DNA of 64,000 nucleotides, from NCBI GenBank assembly GCA_024644585.1, contig JAHEHM010000066.1:16479-80478 (forward strand), in the 5' to 3' direction. Below are positions 9,257-18,466 of the stretch, piece after piece (within the stretch, counting starts at the first letter, position 1; the number at the start of each line of letters is the position of its first letter). The notes under the pieces were generated by a model. The model ran no database searches. It was given only the letters and a program-made list of their open reading frames with translations, and was not told the origin of the DNA. Made by a program: the position numbers and the translations under genes. Source of the stretch: Porticoccaceae bacterium (GTDB lineage Bacteria; Pseudomonadota; Gammaproteobacteria; Pseudomonadales; Porticoccaceae).

Positions 9257-11080
9257 TTACTCATTGTAGAGCGCACTGTAAATAGCTTCAGCCACCTTTT
9301 TACTAATATTAGGTACTTTTGCCAAATCCGCCACACTGGCTTTCTTAACTTCGCCAATACCACCAAAGTGTTTAAGTAGGTCTCGGCGACGTTTAGGCCC
9401 AACCCCCGCAATACCCTCCAGCGGGGAAGTGCGACGCTTTTTATCTCGTCTTTGTTTATGCCCGGTAATAGCAAATCGATGAGCCTCATCACGAATCTGC
9501 TGTAACAGATGCAAAGCTGCGGTTTGAGGCTTGGCAATCACCCGATTATTTTGGTCCGCCAAGATCAAGGTCTCCAAACCCGGCTTGCGCGTAGTGCCCT
9601 TGGCAATACCCAACAACAGCACCCCCACTACACCTAGCTCATTCAGCACATCCTTAACCATACCCAACTGACCCTTACCGCCATCGATCACCAAAATATC
9701 AGGCAACTTAGCCTCACCCTCAAGCAACCGCGTATAGCGACGACGAATCGCCTGCGCCATGGCCGCATAATCATCGCCCTGCGTAATTCCCTCGATATTA
9801 AACTTGCGATAGTCGCTCTTTAAAGGGCCATTACTATCAAATACCACGCAACTAGCAACGGTCGCTTCACCACTACTGTGACTAATATCAAAGCACTCCA
9901 TACGCTGAGGGGCTTCATCTAACTCAAGAGTTTCACGCAAAGACTCAAACCGCTGTTGCTGAGTCTTTTTAGAGGCTAATTTAGCCGATAAATTTTGCTC
10001 CGCCGTTCGTAAAGCCAGCTCTAACCACTTAGATCGCACCCCGCGCACTGAATGACGGATCTCGATACCACGCCCAACCTGTTGGGCGATGGCGTCAGCA
10101 ATAACCTCCACATCGGTAATCTTGTGACTCACCACAATTTCTTTAGGTAAATCTGGGCGCGAGCCACCCTCTAAATACAGCAGTGGTAAAAAATCACCCA
10201 ATAGCTCATCAGGGCTGTTCACTAAGCGTGATTTTGGATAATAACTACGACTCCCCAAAATACGCCCCTGCCTGATATAAAGTATATGCACGCAGACCAT
10301 GCCATCGATCACCGCCGCAGCCACTACATCGATCAAACCCCTACCCTTCTCAATCACCTGCTGTGACTGAATCTGCCGCAAAGCAGAAATTTGATCACGA
10401 TGATCAGCTGCCTTCTCAAAATTAAGCTCAGCCGATGCGTTCTCCATATCAACTTCAAGATGCTTTAAAATCTTATCCGCCTTACCATCTAAATATAGAC
10501 GAGTTTTATTCACATCCTGCGCGTAATCCTCAGCGCTTACCAAATCCACACAGGGCGCCGTACATCGCTTAATTTGATACTGCAAACAGGGCCGCGAACG
10601 GTTTTTAAAAAATACATCCTCACACTGACGAACCTTAAAAACCTTCTGCAAAAAACCCATGCTATCGCGCACCGCCTGCACACTCGGGAAAGGACCAAAA
10701 TAACTGCCCTTGGCCTTTTTGGGACCACGATGAAAAGCCAGCCGCGGCCAGGTATCGCGATCGGATAAAAAGATATAGGGGTAGCTTTTATCATCGCGCA
10801 TCAAAATATTAAACGGCGGACGATATTGTTTAATTAAATTATGCTCAAGAATCAGCGCCTCAATTTCAGTTTCAGTAACCGTCACCTCAATATCAACAAT
10901 GCGCTTCACCAAAGCCTGGGTTTTAAGCGTCAAACCCGACTTGCGAAAATAACTACTTACCCTATTCCTCAGCTTTTTTGCTTTACCCACATACAGCACC
11001 GCACCCTCGGCATCCAGCATTTGATAAATGCCCGGACGCTGGGTAAGCGATTTTAAAAAAGAGTCAGAATCAAAAGCCAT
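9257..11080 (-). CDS. uvrC: Excinuclease ABC subunit C
   Basis: 607 aa with an N-terminal GIY-YIG (PGIYQMLD...VLYVGKAKKLRNRVSSY), a UVR domain, an endonuclease V-like domain and a C-terminal (HhH)2. Confidence 0.95.
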   Translation of the reverse strand: MAFDSDSFLKSLTQRPGIYQMLDAEGAVLYVGKAKKLRNRVSSYFRKSGLTLKTQALVKRIVDIEVTVTETEIEALILEHNLIKQYRPPFNILMRDDKSYPYIFLSDRDTWPRLAFHRGPKKAKGSYFGPFPSVQAVRDSMGFLQKVFKVRQCEDVFFKNRSRPCLQYQIKRCTAPCVDLVSAEDYAQDVNKTRLYLDGKADKILKHLEVDMENASAELNFEKAADHRDQISALRQIQSQQVIEKGRGLIDVVAAAVIDGMVCVHILYIRQGRILGSRSYYPKSRLVNSPDELLGDFLPLLYLEGGSRPDLPKEIVVSHKITDVEVIADAIAQQVGRGIEIRHSVRGVRSKWLELALRTAEQNLSAKLASKKTQQQRFESLRETLELDEAPQRMECFDISHSSGEATVASCVVFDSNGPLKSDYRKFNIEGITQGDDYAAMAQAIRRRYTRLLEGEAKLPDILVIDGGKGQLGMVKDVLNELGVVGVLLLGIAKGTTRKPGLETLILADQNNRVIAKPQTAALHLLQQIRDEAHRFAITGHKQRRDKKRRTSPLEGIAGVGPKRRRDLLKHFGGIGEVKKASVADLAKVPNISKKVAEAIYSALYNE

Positions 11081-11200
11081 GGCCGATTGTACCGATTTTT
11101 TAACCCAAGTGGATCAGAGAAACTAGGTTATACAAATGCTAATCTTTAAATATGCTAGCATCAATTAGTTTCCAATCGTAACCTAGCGGACAGGCAACCC

Positions 11201-11773
11201 ATGAAAAAGCACTATATAAAAGCCCAACAGCTACTAGATGACTCATTCAAGCTAGCGTGGCAAGTCTACGAAAGCGGCTACCGACCCAACTATATTGTTG
11301 GCGTATGGCGTGGCGGCGCACCCATTGGAATTGCTGTACAAGAATTTCTCGATGTACTAGGCGTAGAATCAGACCATATCGCTATCCGCACCTCTTCCTA
11401 TACCGGCATAGGCCAGCGCAGTAAAAAGGTCAAAGTCCATGGTCTTAGCTATATTATTCGCCAACTAGAATCCGAAGATTCATTATTAATCGTCGATGAT
11501 GTTCATGACACCGGCCTATCCATTGAACAGGCCATCGAAGACCTGACCAAAGCCTGCAAGAAAAACACCCCAGAAATTCGCGTGGCCACCCCCTACTTCA
11601 AGCCCAAAAACAATAAGACAGACAGCGTGCCCGATTACTATATCCACGAAACTAATGAATGGCTTGTTTTCCCGCACGAACTGCATGGCTTAAGTGCCGA
11701 TGAAATTAGGCAACATAAACCCGAGCTAGCAGGTTTGATAGAGAAAATGGCGCCGATTATTGAAAACCAATAA
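11201..11773 (+). CDS. Phosphoribosyltransferase family protein (purine PRT-like)
   Basis: PRPP-binding motif SLLIVDDVHDTGLS in a 190-aa protein. Confidence 0.65.
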   Translation: MKKHYIKAQQLLDDSFKLAWQVYESGYRPNYIVGVWRGGAPIGIAVQEFLDVLGVESDHIAIRTSSYTGIGQRSKKVKVHGLSYIIRQLESEDSLLIVDDVHDTGLSIEQAIEDLTKACKKNTPEIRVATPYFKPKNNKTDSVPDYYIHETNEWLVFPHELHGLSADEIRQHKPELAGLIEKMAPIIENQ

Positions 11774-13741
11774 CTAAGCCAATTTTGGAACCGCCAAATC
11801 AGGAAAAGACAGCCTAAAAGCCGTATGCTCACCTAACTCAGACTCACAATAAATATCGCCATCTAGGGCCTGCATGGTGCGCTTGCAGTAAGCCAACCCC
11901 AAGCCTGTGCCGCCGGACTTGCCCGAGGTATAAAAGCTATCAAATAACCTAGAAAGGTTTTCAGGCGCAATCCCTGGGCCCGTGTCGCGCACTTGAATTT
12001 GTCGAGTGGCCAAAAATGTAGAAATCACAATCTCTGCTTTGGGCATATGTTGCACATAATAGAGCGCATTACCAATTAGGTTATAAAGAATATATTTAAC
12101 CAATACTGGGTCGACCAAAATCTGAAAATCACTACCCACAACAGAGACCTTACTCCTGAGCTCAGCATCTTTGTAGGCATAACTAGAAACAGCTTCATGG
12201 CAGATATCTAAGGCAGAAACCAGCTGAAAGTTTAGCTTATCAATGGGCTTTTCATTAATCGCATCCATGGTGATATCGATAATTTGATGACTGCTGTTAA
12301 TCACATCAATAACATCTTCATAATATTCATGAAATTCATCATTGTTTGATTTGTTATGGTTTTTTAGTAGATGAATAGCCCCATGAATTTGCGATAGCGG
12401 GTTACGCATTTCATGAGCGATAGAGCCAGCCAAAGATTTTAAATATTTCAATTTTTCTTCATGTCTAATCGCATTATCTAAAAATATTTTGCTTTGATGA
12501 CATACTGTAGCTAATAGTTTGATATCGTCGCTGTTATATGGCGTTTCGCTCAACCGACTACCTAAAACAATGCCCCCCTCGATACGACTAGATGAACGCA
12601 TAACAAGCACAAGGCTTTTATCATCAAGGCCTACTTCTCTACCATGTAATACATCACTTGAATTCAGAAGTAGATTTTCAACTTTTTTCAACTGATTTTC
12701 TGTAAGTTTTCTATCCTGATCTAATAAGAAAAGATTCTTGTTCTGGAAAGCATAAATTGAAGTATTTTTAATTGACATTGAATCTTTTAAAATCCTAGCC
12801 ACACCCTCAAGAATACTTTGCTTTTCCAATCGGTTTTGAAGGTGCATTAACCTACTCAACACATCCGTTGGGCTATACCAATCAGTGATCCATTTTTTTT
12901 CAGCCGCAGTTTGTAATGCACGACACAATCGTTCGCCATTCATTGCCCAAATAATGCCCATACAAGAATTAGCAATAATAGTTAGCGAACTCAATTGATA
13001 TTCAAATCCATTTATAATCAAAAAACTAAAAATAATCGCACCACAGACAATCAACTGAGATACCGTTCGACTAATCACAGCGCGTATATTAAATAAGTCT
13101 TTTTTAATCATCGCATAGCCAATAATCGTTAGGCTGGAAGCAACAAATAAAATACCCAACGGATAAAACTCAATCCCGTAATTACAGAGATAATCACTGG
13201 CCGCTAAGAAATAAATAAAAACGCTGATTTTGCAGCATTTTAAAATTGCTTTTTTTGGCTCTTGCGCGTTTTTTTCAGCTTGCGAAGCAATAAATAACCC
13301 ACGTAAAACAACAATTATTGTCTGCAGAACATGGATCCAATGTAATGATCCAGCTTTGGGATAATGTCCCCAAAAATACTGATAATAGCCATCGATAAAC
13401 AAGTCCGTGGTTAACAGAAAAATTGTCAAAATCCCACAAAAGACGTATGACAAGTTTATATATCGCCTCTCTTTATAGCTGTCAGATAGCTCTGCTAAAA
13501 GCTGATAGAGACTCGTAGGCAAAAATAAGATTAATAAATAGCCAAAACGAGCCAACGACTCTGAAAGTATTGGCTCTGAAGTTTGAAAAAGGATAGCCCA
13601 GGTTGCCTGCCAGAAAAAAGTAGTTATACAAAGCAATAAAAATGCTTTATGTGGCCGCTTTAAAATATCAGTTTTTTGCCAAAGATAATAAGCAACAACC
13701 AAGAAATAAATCGAAACTAACGCTGGAAGCAATGAATACAT
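11774..13741 (-). CDS. Sensor histidine kinase with a polytopic (about 7-TM) N-terminal domain
   Basis: Multiple N-terminal hydrophobic helices. H-box SIAHEMRNPLSQI. HATPase_c N/G boxes (YNLIGNALYY; DTGPGI; GGTGLGLAYC). Confidence 0.85.
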   Translation of the reverse strand: MYSLLPALVSIYFLVVAYYLWQKTDILKRPHKAFLLLCITTFFWQATWAILFQTSEPILSESLARFGYLLILFLPTSLYQLLAELSDSYKERRYINLSYVFCGILTIFLLTTDLFIDGYYQYFWGHYPKAGSLHWIHVLQTIIVVLRGLFIASQAEKNAQEPKKAILKCCKISVFIYFLAASDYLCNYGIEFYPLGILFVASSLTIIGYAMIKKDLFNIRAVISRTVSQLIVCGAIIFSFLIINGFEYQLSSLTIIANSCMGIIWAMNGERLCRALQTAAEKKWITDWYSPTDVLSRLMHLQNRLEKQSILEGVARILKDSMSIKNTSIYAFQNKNLFLLDQDRKLTENQLKKVENLLLNSSDVLHGREVGLDDKSLVLVMRSSSRIEGGIVLGSRLSETPYNSDDIKLLATVCHQSKIFLDNAIRHEEKLKYLKSLAGSIAHEMRNPLSQIHGAIHLLKNHNKSNNDEFHEYYEDVIDVINSSHQIIDITMDAINEKPIDKLNFQLVSALDICHEAVSSYAYKDAELRSKVSVVGSDFQILVDPVLVKYILYNLIGNALYYVQHMPKAEIVISTFLATRQIQVRDTGPGIAPENLSRLFDSFYTSGKSGGTGLGLAYCKRTMQALDGDIYCESELGEHTAFRLSFPDLAVPKLA

Positions 13742-13805
13742 ATTAAGACTATCCCCTAACTAACGCGGCTATCTAGACTCTCTTTAAGAGAACCCAATTA
13801 TTGCC

Positions 13806-14318
13806 TTACAAAATTTGATAACGCTTAACTTTAGCCGCTACATCTGCAGGCAATTTTTTTATCCTTTTCGTTAAGGAATCAGTATAGACAACCGTTTGAA
13901 AACCTTTTGACACAATTTCACTTTTTTCATTAAAAAACTTAAACATCAAGTCAAAAGATGTATTTTTAAGATTTTCAATATTTAGCTCGCAGTGAATTTT
14001 TTGAAAAGGCAATACCTCTTGTACGTAATCGTTATGCGCAGCTCTGGTTAGGAATGCGCCATCCATTTCAAACATATTGGTGTAGATACACTCCGTAAAC
14101 CACATCTCCCTACAGATACCCTGCCACTCAAAATACCGTGCAAAATAAATATTGCCATAGGCATTTGAATCCTTAAGAAAAGGAGTAAGCTCATAACGAT
14201 AGGTTTGGCGATGCTTAAAAAAATTAGCATCATTCGCCCCAGTCCACATTTCTTTGCTGAGTAAACTGCTAGTGGGTTGGTTTTCAGTTATTTGTTCATG
14301 ATTTAGTACAGTTTTCAT
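13806..14318 (-). CDS. Hotdog-fold acyl-CoA thioesterase-like protein
   Basis: Residues 40-170 resemble 4HBT/YbgC-type thioesterases (DSNAYGNIYFARYFEWQG...). Assigned from motif memory only. Confidence 0.45.
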   Translation of the reverse strand: MKTVLNHEQITENQPTSSLLSKEMWTGANDANFFKHRQTYRYELTPFLKDSNAYGNIYFARYFEWQGICREMWFTECIYTNMFEMDGAFLTRAAHNDYVQEVLPFQKIHCELNIENLKNTSFDLMFKFFNEKSEIVSKGFQTVVYTDSLTKRIKKLPADVAAKVKRYQIL

Positions 14319-14372
14319 ATTCTTCTCCAGATATAGTAAAAATAATTGAGTAAGTCCTTTTTCGACTTAATA

Positions 14373-14388
14373 AGTGGTCAAGACCACT
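14373..14388. promoter_or_regulatory. Palindromic operator-like site AGTGGTC-AA-GACCACT upstream of the thioesterase gene
   Basis: Perfect 7-bp arms with a 2-nt spacer, about 55 nt upstream of the start at 14318. The GT..AC core is typical of GntR/FadR-type operators. Confidence 0.25.
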
Positions 14389-14601
14389 ACTTAAAATATA
14401 GTGAAGTAATACGAAAGTATGTGATGGGGTTTGTTAGCGAACAGTTTATTAATTTAATTGTGAAAATAATGAAATTTAGAATATAAATTTAGTTTGGACA
14501 TGGAAATTGATTAAATTTAAGAAATGCACCTATCAATTAACACCACCAAAACCCCAAAACTAAGATAAAATAGCCACCTAATTACAAACAGCCTTAAAAG
14601 T

Positions 14602-14655
14602 ATGCCAATCAATAGAAAATTCTGCGTTGCCCCAATGATGGATCGGAACGATTAG
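14602..14655 (+). pseudogene. dusA: Orphaned 5' fragment of dusA (17 codons, MPINRKFCVAPMMDRND*)
   Basis: AATAGAAAATTCTG..GCCCC.ATGATGGA is shared with the 5' end of the intact dusA at 25802-25836. The reading frame diverges after MMD and stops. Confidence 0.8.
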
Positions 14656-14682
14656 CAATAAAATCAATGGATTAAAATGGCA

Positions 14683-14710
14683 TGGTGCAAAAATGGTAAC
14701 AGTGCCAGAG
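14683..14710 (+). repeat. 28-bp island-border repeat, copy A (TGGTGCAAAAATGGTAACAGTGCCAGAG)
   Basis: Matches copy B at 25 of 28 positions, and copy C with a 1-nt gap. It sits 28 nt after the dusA relic stop. Confidence 0.8.
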
Positions 14711-14743
14711 GGGGTCTAGAATAGCCCGTTTCAACTTTTTTTC

Positions 14744-15538
14744 TCACCCAACACCACAAATTTTCTCTTTTAAAGAAACTAAAACTGCATCTCTATTAAA
14801 ATCGCCCACATGAATACTGAGCGCGGTATTGGGTTTCTGTTCAAGTAAATACTTAACCAAAAGTCTGTTTTCGGCATAATACAACTGAGGCACCCTAGCA
14901 TTAGTCCTATTATCTCTAGCACAGATATATCTAACCGTATCATCCTTTGAAATTGTCGATTGCCCACGAACATTTTCTGCATAGCCCTCGGCTATCCAAT
15001 CAGGTGTAAAAAGTATTTTGATCAACCCAACGGTATTACGCTGATCGGTATGTGTAGCCTCGTGCGCGATTATTCCTGCGATCTCGCTAGTCTCACCATT
15101 ATTTAACATTGAAAAGAAGACTGAAGGTCTAAAATAGATATTGAATATATTCACCGCAATAGGAGGGTTATCCGTAAAGTTTATTGCCAAAAAAGAAAAG
15201 AAACGATCAGATGGGGGTAAATATATTTTATACCTTGTTTCTGAATTATTAAGCGGGCTTTGTCTTAAAAGTTCACTTGAATGCTCAAGGATTTGACTGA
15301 TCTGTTGAGGAGAAACATCAGACAAGGCATAGAAATCAAACCGATCATTAGAATAAATTTTTTGAAAATATAATGGGGAAAACAACACAATTAACGCGTA
15401 GCTGTATACGATAAACCCGATAGCTAATTCAAATAGCGTATAAATCGATTTTTTCCAAGTTGAAAAAGGCTGATTGCCTTTTCTAAGAGAACGGAATGGA
15501 TGCAGCCAAGATAATATTCGGAATAAGATTGAACGCAT
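14744..15538 (-). CDS. Membrane-anchored hypothetical protein with an HExxH zinc-metallopeptidase motif
   Basis: One N-terminal TM helix (LFELAIGFIVYSYALIVLF) and the motif IIAHEATHTDQ. I recognise no further family. Confidence 0.5.
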   Translation of the reverse strand: MRSILFRILSWLHPFRSLRKGNQPFSTWKKSIYTLFELAIGFIVYSYALIVLFSPLYFQKIYSNDRFDFYALSDVSPQQISQILEHSSELLRQSPLNNSETRYKIYLPPSDRFFSFLAINFTDNPPIAVNIFNIYFRPSVFFSMLNNGETSEIAGIIAHEATHTDQRNTVGLIKILFTPDWIAEGYAENVRGQSTISKDDTVRYICARDNRTNARVPQLYYAENRLLVKYLLEQKPNTALSIHVGDFNRDAVLVSLKEKICGVG

Positions 15539-15811
15539 TTAAAACGCCTAAAAAAATTTAATGTGCTATTGGTGCATAGATTTTTAAAAATAAAGCGTAA
15601 AAAACATAGTTTAACGCCAAATCCTGCCACGGTAACTCAACAAAAGTCAGCCTGATCGAATCAACACTAACAGATACCATTGTTATTAATTTCTAATTAA
15701 TAATAGACCATGCATGATGATTGGTGTGCCATAAGCCCGATGATCCCGCCAATTCTTCGCAACTAGTCTACAATTTCAGTATTGCAAGCAATACAGATTC
15801 AAGGAAGAATA

Positions 15812-16702
15812 ATGGCGAAGCCATTTACCATTAAGCTCTTTATGCCAAGCGGCAATGCCAATGAGCTAAAGCTTATCGAAAAGATGAACTGGACAGGGCT
15901 GGGGATGGAAATATCCCGCACGGCATGGCCGACACACCGCAAGCGTGAAGAACTGCAACAGGCGGGTATCTATATACTAGTGGGCTACGATGATGATGAA
16001 GATTTGCCCTGCCTATATATTGGGCAAGCCGATGGCATTAAAAATCGATTAGAAAGTCATTTTAAAAATAAATCATTTTGGGACAGAGCATTAATCTTTG
16101 TCTCCAGTAACCAAGGCCTAAACAGAGCGCATATCACATGGCTAGAATGGGCACTCATACAAAAAGCCCAAGCCATCGGGCGTTGCAAGCTAGATAACAC
16201 ATCAATACCCAATGAACCGCGACTAACCGAATCAGAGCGAGCCGATACACAGGAATTTTTACACGAAATACTCAGTATTTTGCCATTGGTAGAAGTGACC
16301 GCCTTCGAAAAAGCGCAAAAGATAGAACAGCAAAATACACCACAGCAAAAATCGTCCAATGAAAATACCATTGTCGTACCCGCCAATAAAGGGGGTTTTG
16401 AAAGGGTATTTTTGGGGGAACATTGCTGGTATGCCGTACGGATCGCCGGTGGCAGGCTTGAGCAAATTAAATATATTGCTGCCTATCAAACCGCACCTAT
16501 TTCGGCTATTACCCATATCGCCGAAGTGGCATCTATCGAACCCTATGGGGATGGGAAAAAATACAAACTATACTTCAACGCGCCCGCTAGACCTATTGGG
16601 CCGTTAAAGCTAGGAAATACTCATAAAAACTCGATGCAAGGTCCTAGGTATACCAATAATATTGTTCTGAATAATGCACGGGATATGGGGGATGTTTTTT
16701 AG
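15812..16702 (+). CDS. GIY-YIG nuclease family protein with a DUF4357-like C-terminal region
   Basis: GIYILVG...LYIGQADGIKNRLESH...NRAHITWLEWALI is the GIY-YIG core. The start is moved from the TTG at 15782 to the ATG at 15812, which has an AAGGAAG RBS 5 nt upstream. Confidence 0.7.
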   Translation: MAKPFTIKLFMPSGNANELKLIEKMNWTGLGMEISRTAWPTHRKREELQQAGIYILVGYDDDEDLPCLYIGQADGIKNRLESHFKNKSFWDRALIFVSSNQGLNRAHITWLEWALIQKAQAIGRCKLDNTSIPNEPRLTESERADTQEFLHEILSILPLVEVTAFEKAQKIEQQNTPQQKSSNENTIVVPANKGGFERVFLGEHCWYAVRIAGGRLEQIKYIAAYQTAPISAITHIAEVASIEPYGDGKKYKLYFNAPARPIGPLKLGNTHKNSMQGPRYTNNIVLNNARDMGDVF

Positions 16703-16726
16703 TTAGCAGTTGGAATGATCCTTGGT

Positions 16727-16754
16727 TGGTGCAAAAATGGTTACAGTACGAGAG
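16727..16754 (+). repeat. 28-bp island repeat, copy B (TGGTGCAAAAATGGTTACAGTACGAGAG)
   Basis: Lies between the convergent genes ending at 16702 (+) and 16773 (-). It marks an internal module junction. Confidence 0.8.
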
Positions 16755-16772
16755 ATCGGTTTTTCACTACAA

Positions 16773-17459
16773 TTAAACAAACTTTTCAAGAAAATGAAGA
16801 CCTTGCCCTTCGACACCCCCAGTAAGAATTATCTTAGGAATAGCATTTTCTGAAGCCCAAACGATTGCTAACTGACCAAACTGGCTAGCAAGGCCTATGG
16901 CTTCGCCACAGGTTAAGCCCAAAACACACAAACTAGGTTCTGCTGGCCACTGACTGTCGCGGTCTTTACCTTCGCCATTAAAATACAGGGTTTCTCTGGT
17001 ATCTAAATAACTTATTAGCTGTTGTTGATATTCTTGGTTCGCTTTTTCCGTTACTAACTGACCATCTGGGTTATAAGCAGTAATAAATGTGCAAGTTGCC
17101 AACTTATTAAATCTGTATAACTCCAATAGCGTTTCTGATTTTTTACCTATATTAAGCACAAACTGCTGGCCGCGATCATTCACAATATAATCTGTTTGCA
17201 AGTAATCATTTAGTAACTGTTTAGAAAAACCAGCTAAATCATTCTGAATTGAATTTATAATTAATTGTTTTTCATGGCTAAGACGCATACCAATATTCCT
17301 ACCTAAACCATGTCGAAAGGCATCGAGCTGATCGTCATTCATCAACTCTATATCCTCAACCGAATAACCATATCGATTGAGGACGTCCTTATAAGCAGCT
17401 TTTATTCTTGGGTGTCCGCGCAGGTCTTCGAAAGTGGGTATGTAACAGAAGTCATCCAT
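16773..17459 (-). CDS. Hypothetical protein with a DUF3293-like C-terminal domain; last gene of the five-gene operon
   Basis: The C-terminal half has FITAYNPDG...N...W..EPS...FGQLAIVW, the pattern I associate with DUF3293. The N-terminal ~100 aa are unassigned. Confidence 0.45.
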   Translation of the reverse strand: MDDFCYIPTFEDLRGHPRIKAAYKDVLNRYGYSVEDIELMNDDQLDAFRHGLGRNIGMRLSHEKQLIINSIQNDLAGFSKQLLNDYLQTDYIVNDRGQQFVLNIGKKSETLLELYRFNKLATCTFITAYNPDGQLVTEKANQEYQQQLISYLDTRETLYFNGEGKDRDSQWPAEPSLCVLGLTCGEAIGLASQFGQLAIVWASENAIPKIILTGGVEGQGLHFLEKFV

Positions 17460-17474
17460 AACAATAACTAAAAC

Positions 17475-18446
17475 TTAATAATTCAAACTCTTATCAAGGG
17501 CGCACAATTCCTTAAATTGCTGTTCAGTTTCAATAATTAAACTTAATCCATCACGCCATGCACTAATTTTTATTTCAGTCGAAAATTTGCCCTGTACATA
17601 ATCAAAATCTTGCGCATCACCGCCTAGTAAATAGACATTAACGTACTTATTTCTGAAGAAAAAAGTGATATTGTCAAATTTATCAAAGTTACGTTTAACA
17701 TGAAGAAAACGCTTCCTTGATGGATCACCAGCCTTAATTTTTTGGCACATTGCTATCGCTTTGCCTGCAAAATCATATTCACAACCTGCAATTACATCAT
17801 CCCAGCTAACGTCTACATTGGTGTTTATTTTTTTACGGCTAGATTTTCTTGATTCGTAGGCATCAGAAAGTTCTCGCAAAGGATATCGTTGGTCCACGGT
17901 TAAAAAGCTTTCGTCACCATGACGATGAATATCTAGCGCATAGGCATAAATACTTACAGAAAAACTTGTCAGCCAATCGGCAGTGACTATTACCTCTGGA
18001 TCAAAGCTTTCAGCTATTAAAATTATTTTAATATCAGTATTTAAATCATTAGATTTTACGATACCTAAAAGCTCTTCATAATCATCAAGCTTGTGTTTTT
18101 CTATTTGCTCAATAACTTTTTCTTTGTTCCATTTAGAAACCATCGCCGCATATGAAACAGCTTGTAAAAGTTGTAGTTTATTCTTATCGCGCTTGAGCTC
18201 GATAACTACCAGGGACGAGTCATCGGAATCGTAGGCCAATAAATCTAAACTATTTTGCGTAGAGCTATCTGGCGTGATTTCTTCACCAATTAAAAAGGCC
18301 GAGGGCAACCCCAGTTCATTCTTAAAAAGCTCCCATGAAGAAATAATAGATTTCTGCAAGTTATAACGCTCAAGAATATTGTTCTCTTTGAGAGTGCTTT
18401 TTGCCACTGGTTCAAATATGGAATTAGACTTATTAAATTTTAACAA
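17475..18446 (-). CDS. PD-(D/E)xK nuclease, NucS/DUF91-like N-terminal domain with an unknown C-terminal domain
   Basis: ERYNLQKSI...LGL...IGEE...LDLLAYDSDDSSLVVIELKRDK...LLQAVSYAAM matches the NucS-type D...(D/E)xK core and its surrounding pattern. Confidence 0.6.
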   Translation of the reverse strand: MLKFNKSNSIFEPVAKSTLKENNILERYNLQKSIISSWELFKNELGLPSAFLIGEEITPDSSTQNSLDLLAYDSDDSSLVVIELKRDKNKLQLLQAVSYAAMVSKWNKEKVIEQIEKHKLDDYEELLGIVKSNDLNTDIKIILIAESFDPEVIVTADWLTSFSVSIYAYALDIHRHGDESFLTVDQRYPLRELSDAYESRKSSRKKINTNVDVSWDDVIAGCEYDFAGKAIAMCQKIKAGDPSRKRFLHVKRNFDKFDNITFFFRNKYVNVYLLGGDAQDFDYVQGKFSTEIKISAWRDGLSLIIETEQQFKELCALDKSLNY

Positions 18447-18466
18447 ACCAACCTAACCTCAATTGT

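Noticed and set aside
9229-9537. 102-aa minus-strand ORF overlapping the uvrC 3' end, and the 10537-11056 ORFs inside uvrC
   Set aside because: They are out-of-frame overlaps with a well-supported conserved gene, and they have no motifs.
14508-14600. Patchy similarity between the region upstream of the dusA relic (ACATGGAAAT, ATAAAATAGCC, CACCTAA) and 25554-25655 inside the right island end
   Set aside because: The matches are short (11 nt or less) in very AT-rich DNA. I cannot show by eye that they exceed chance, so an alignment with statistics is needed before treating this as extended att homology.
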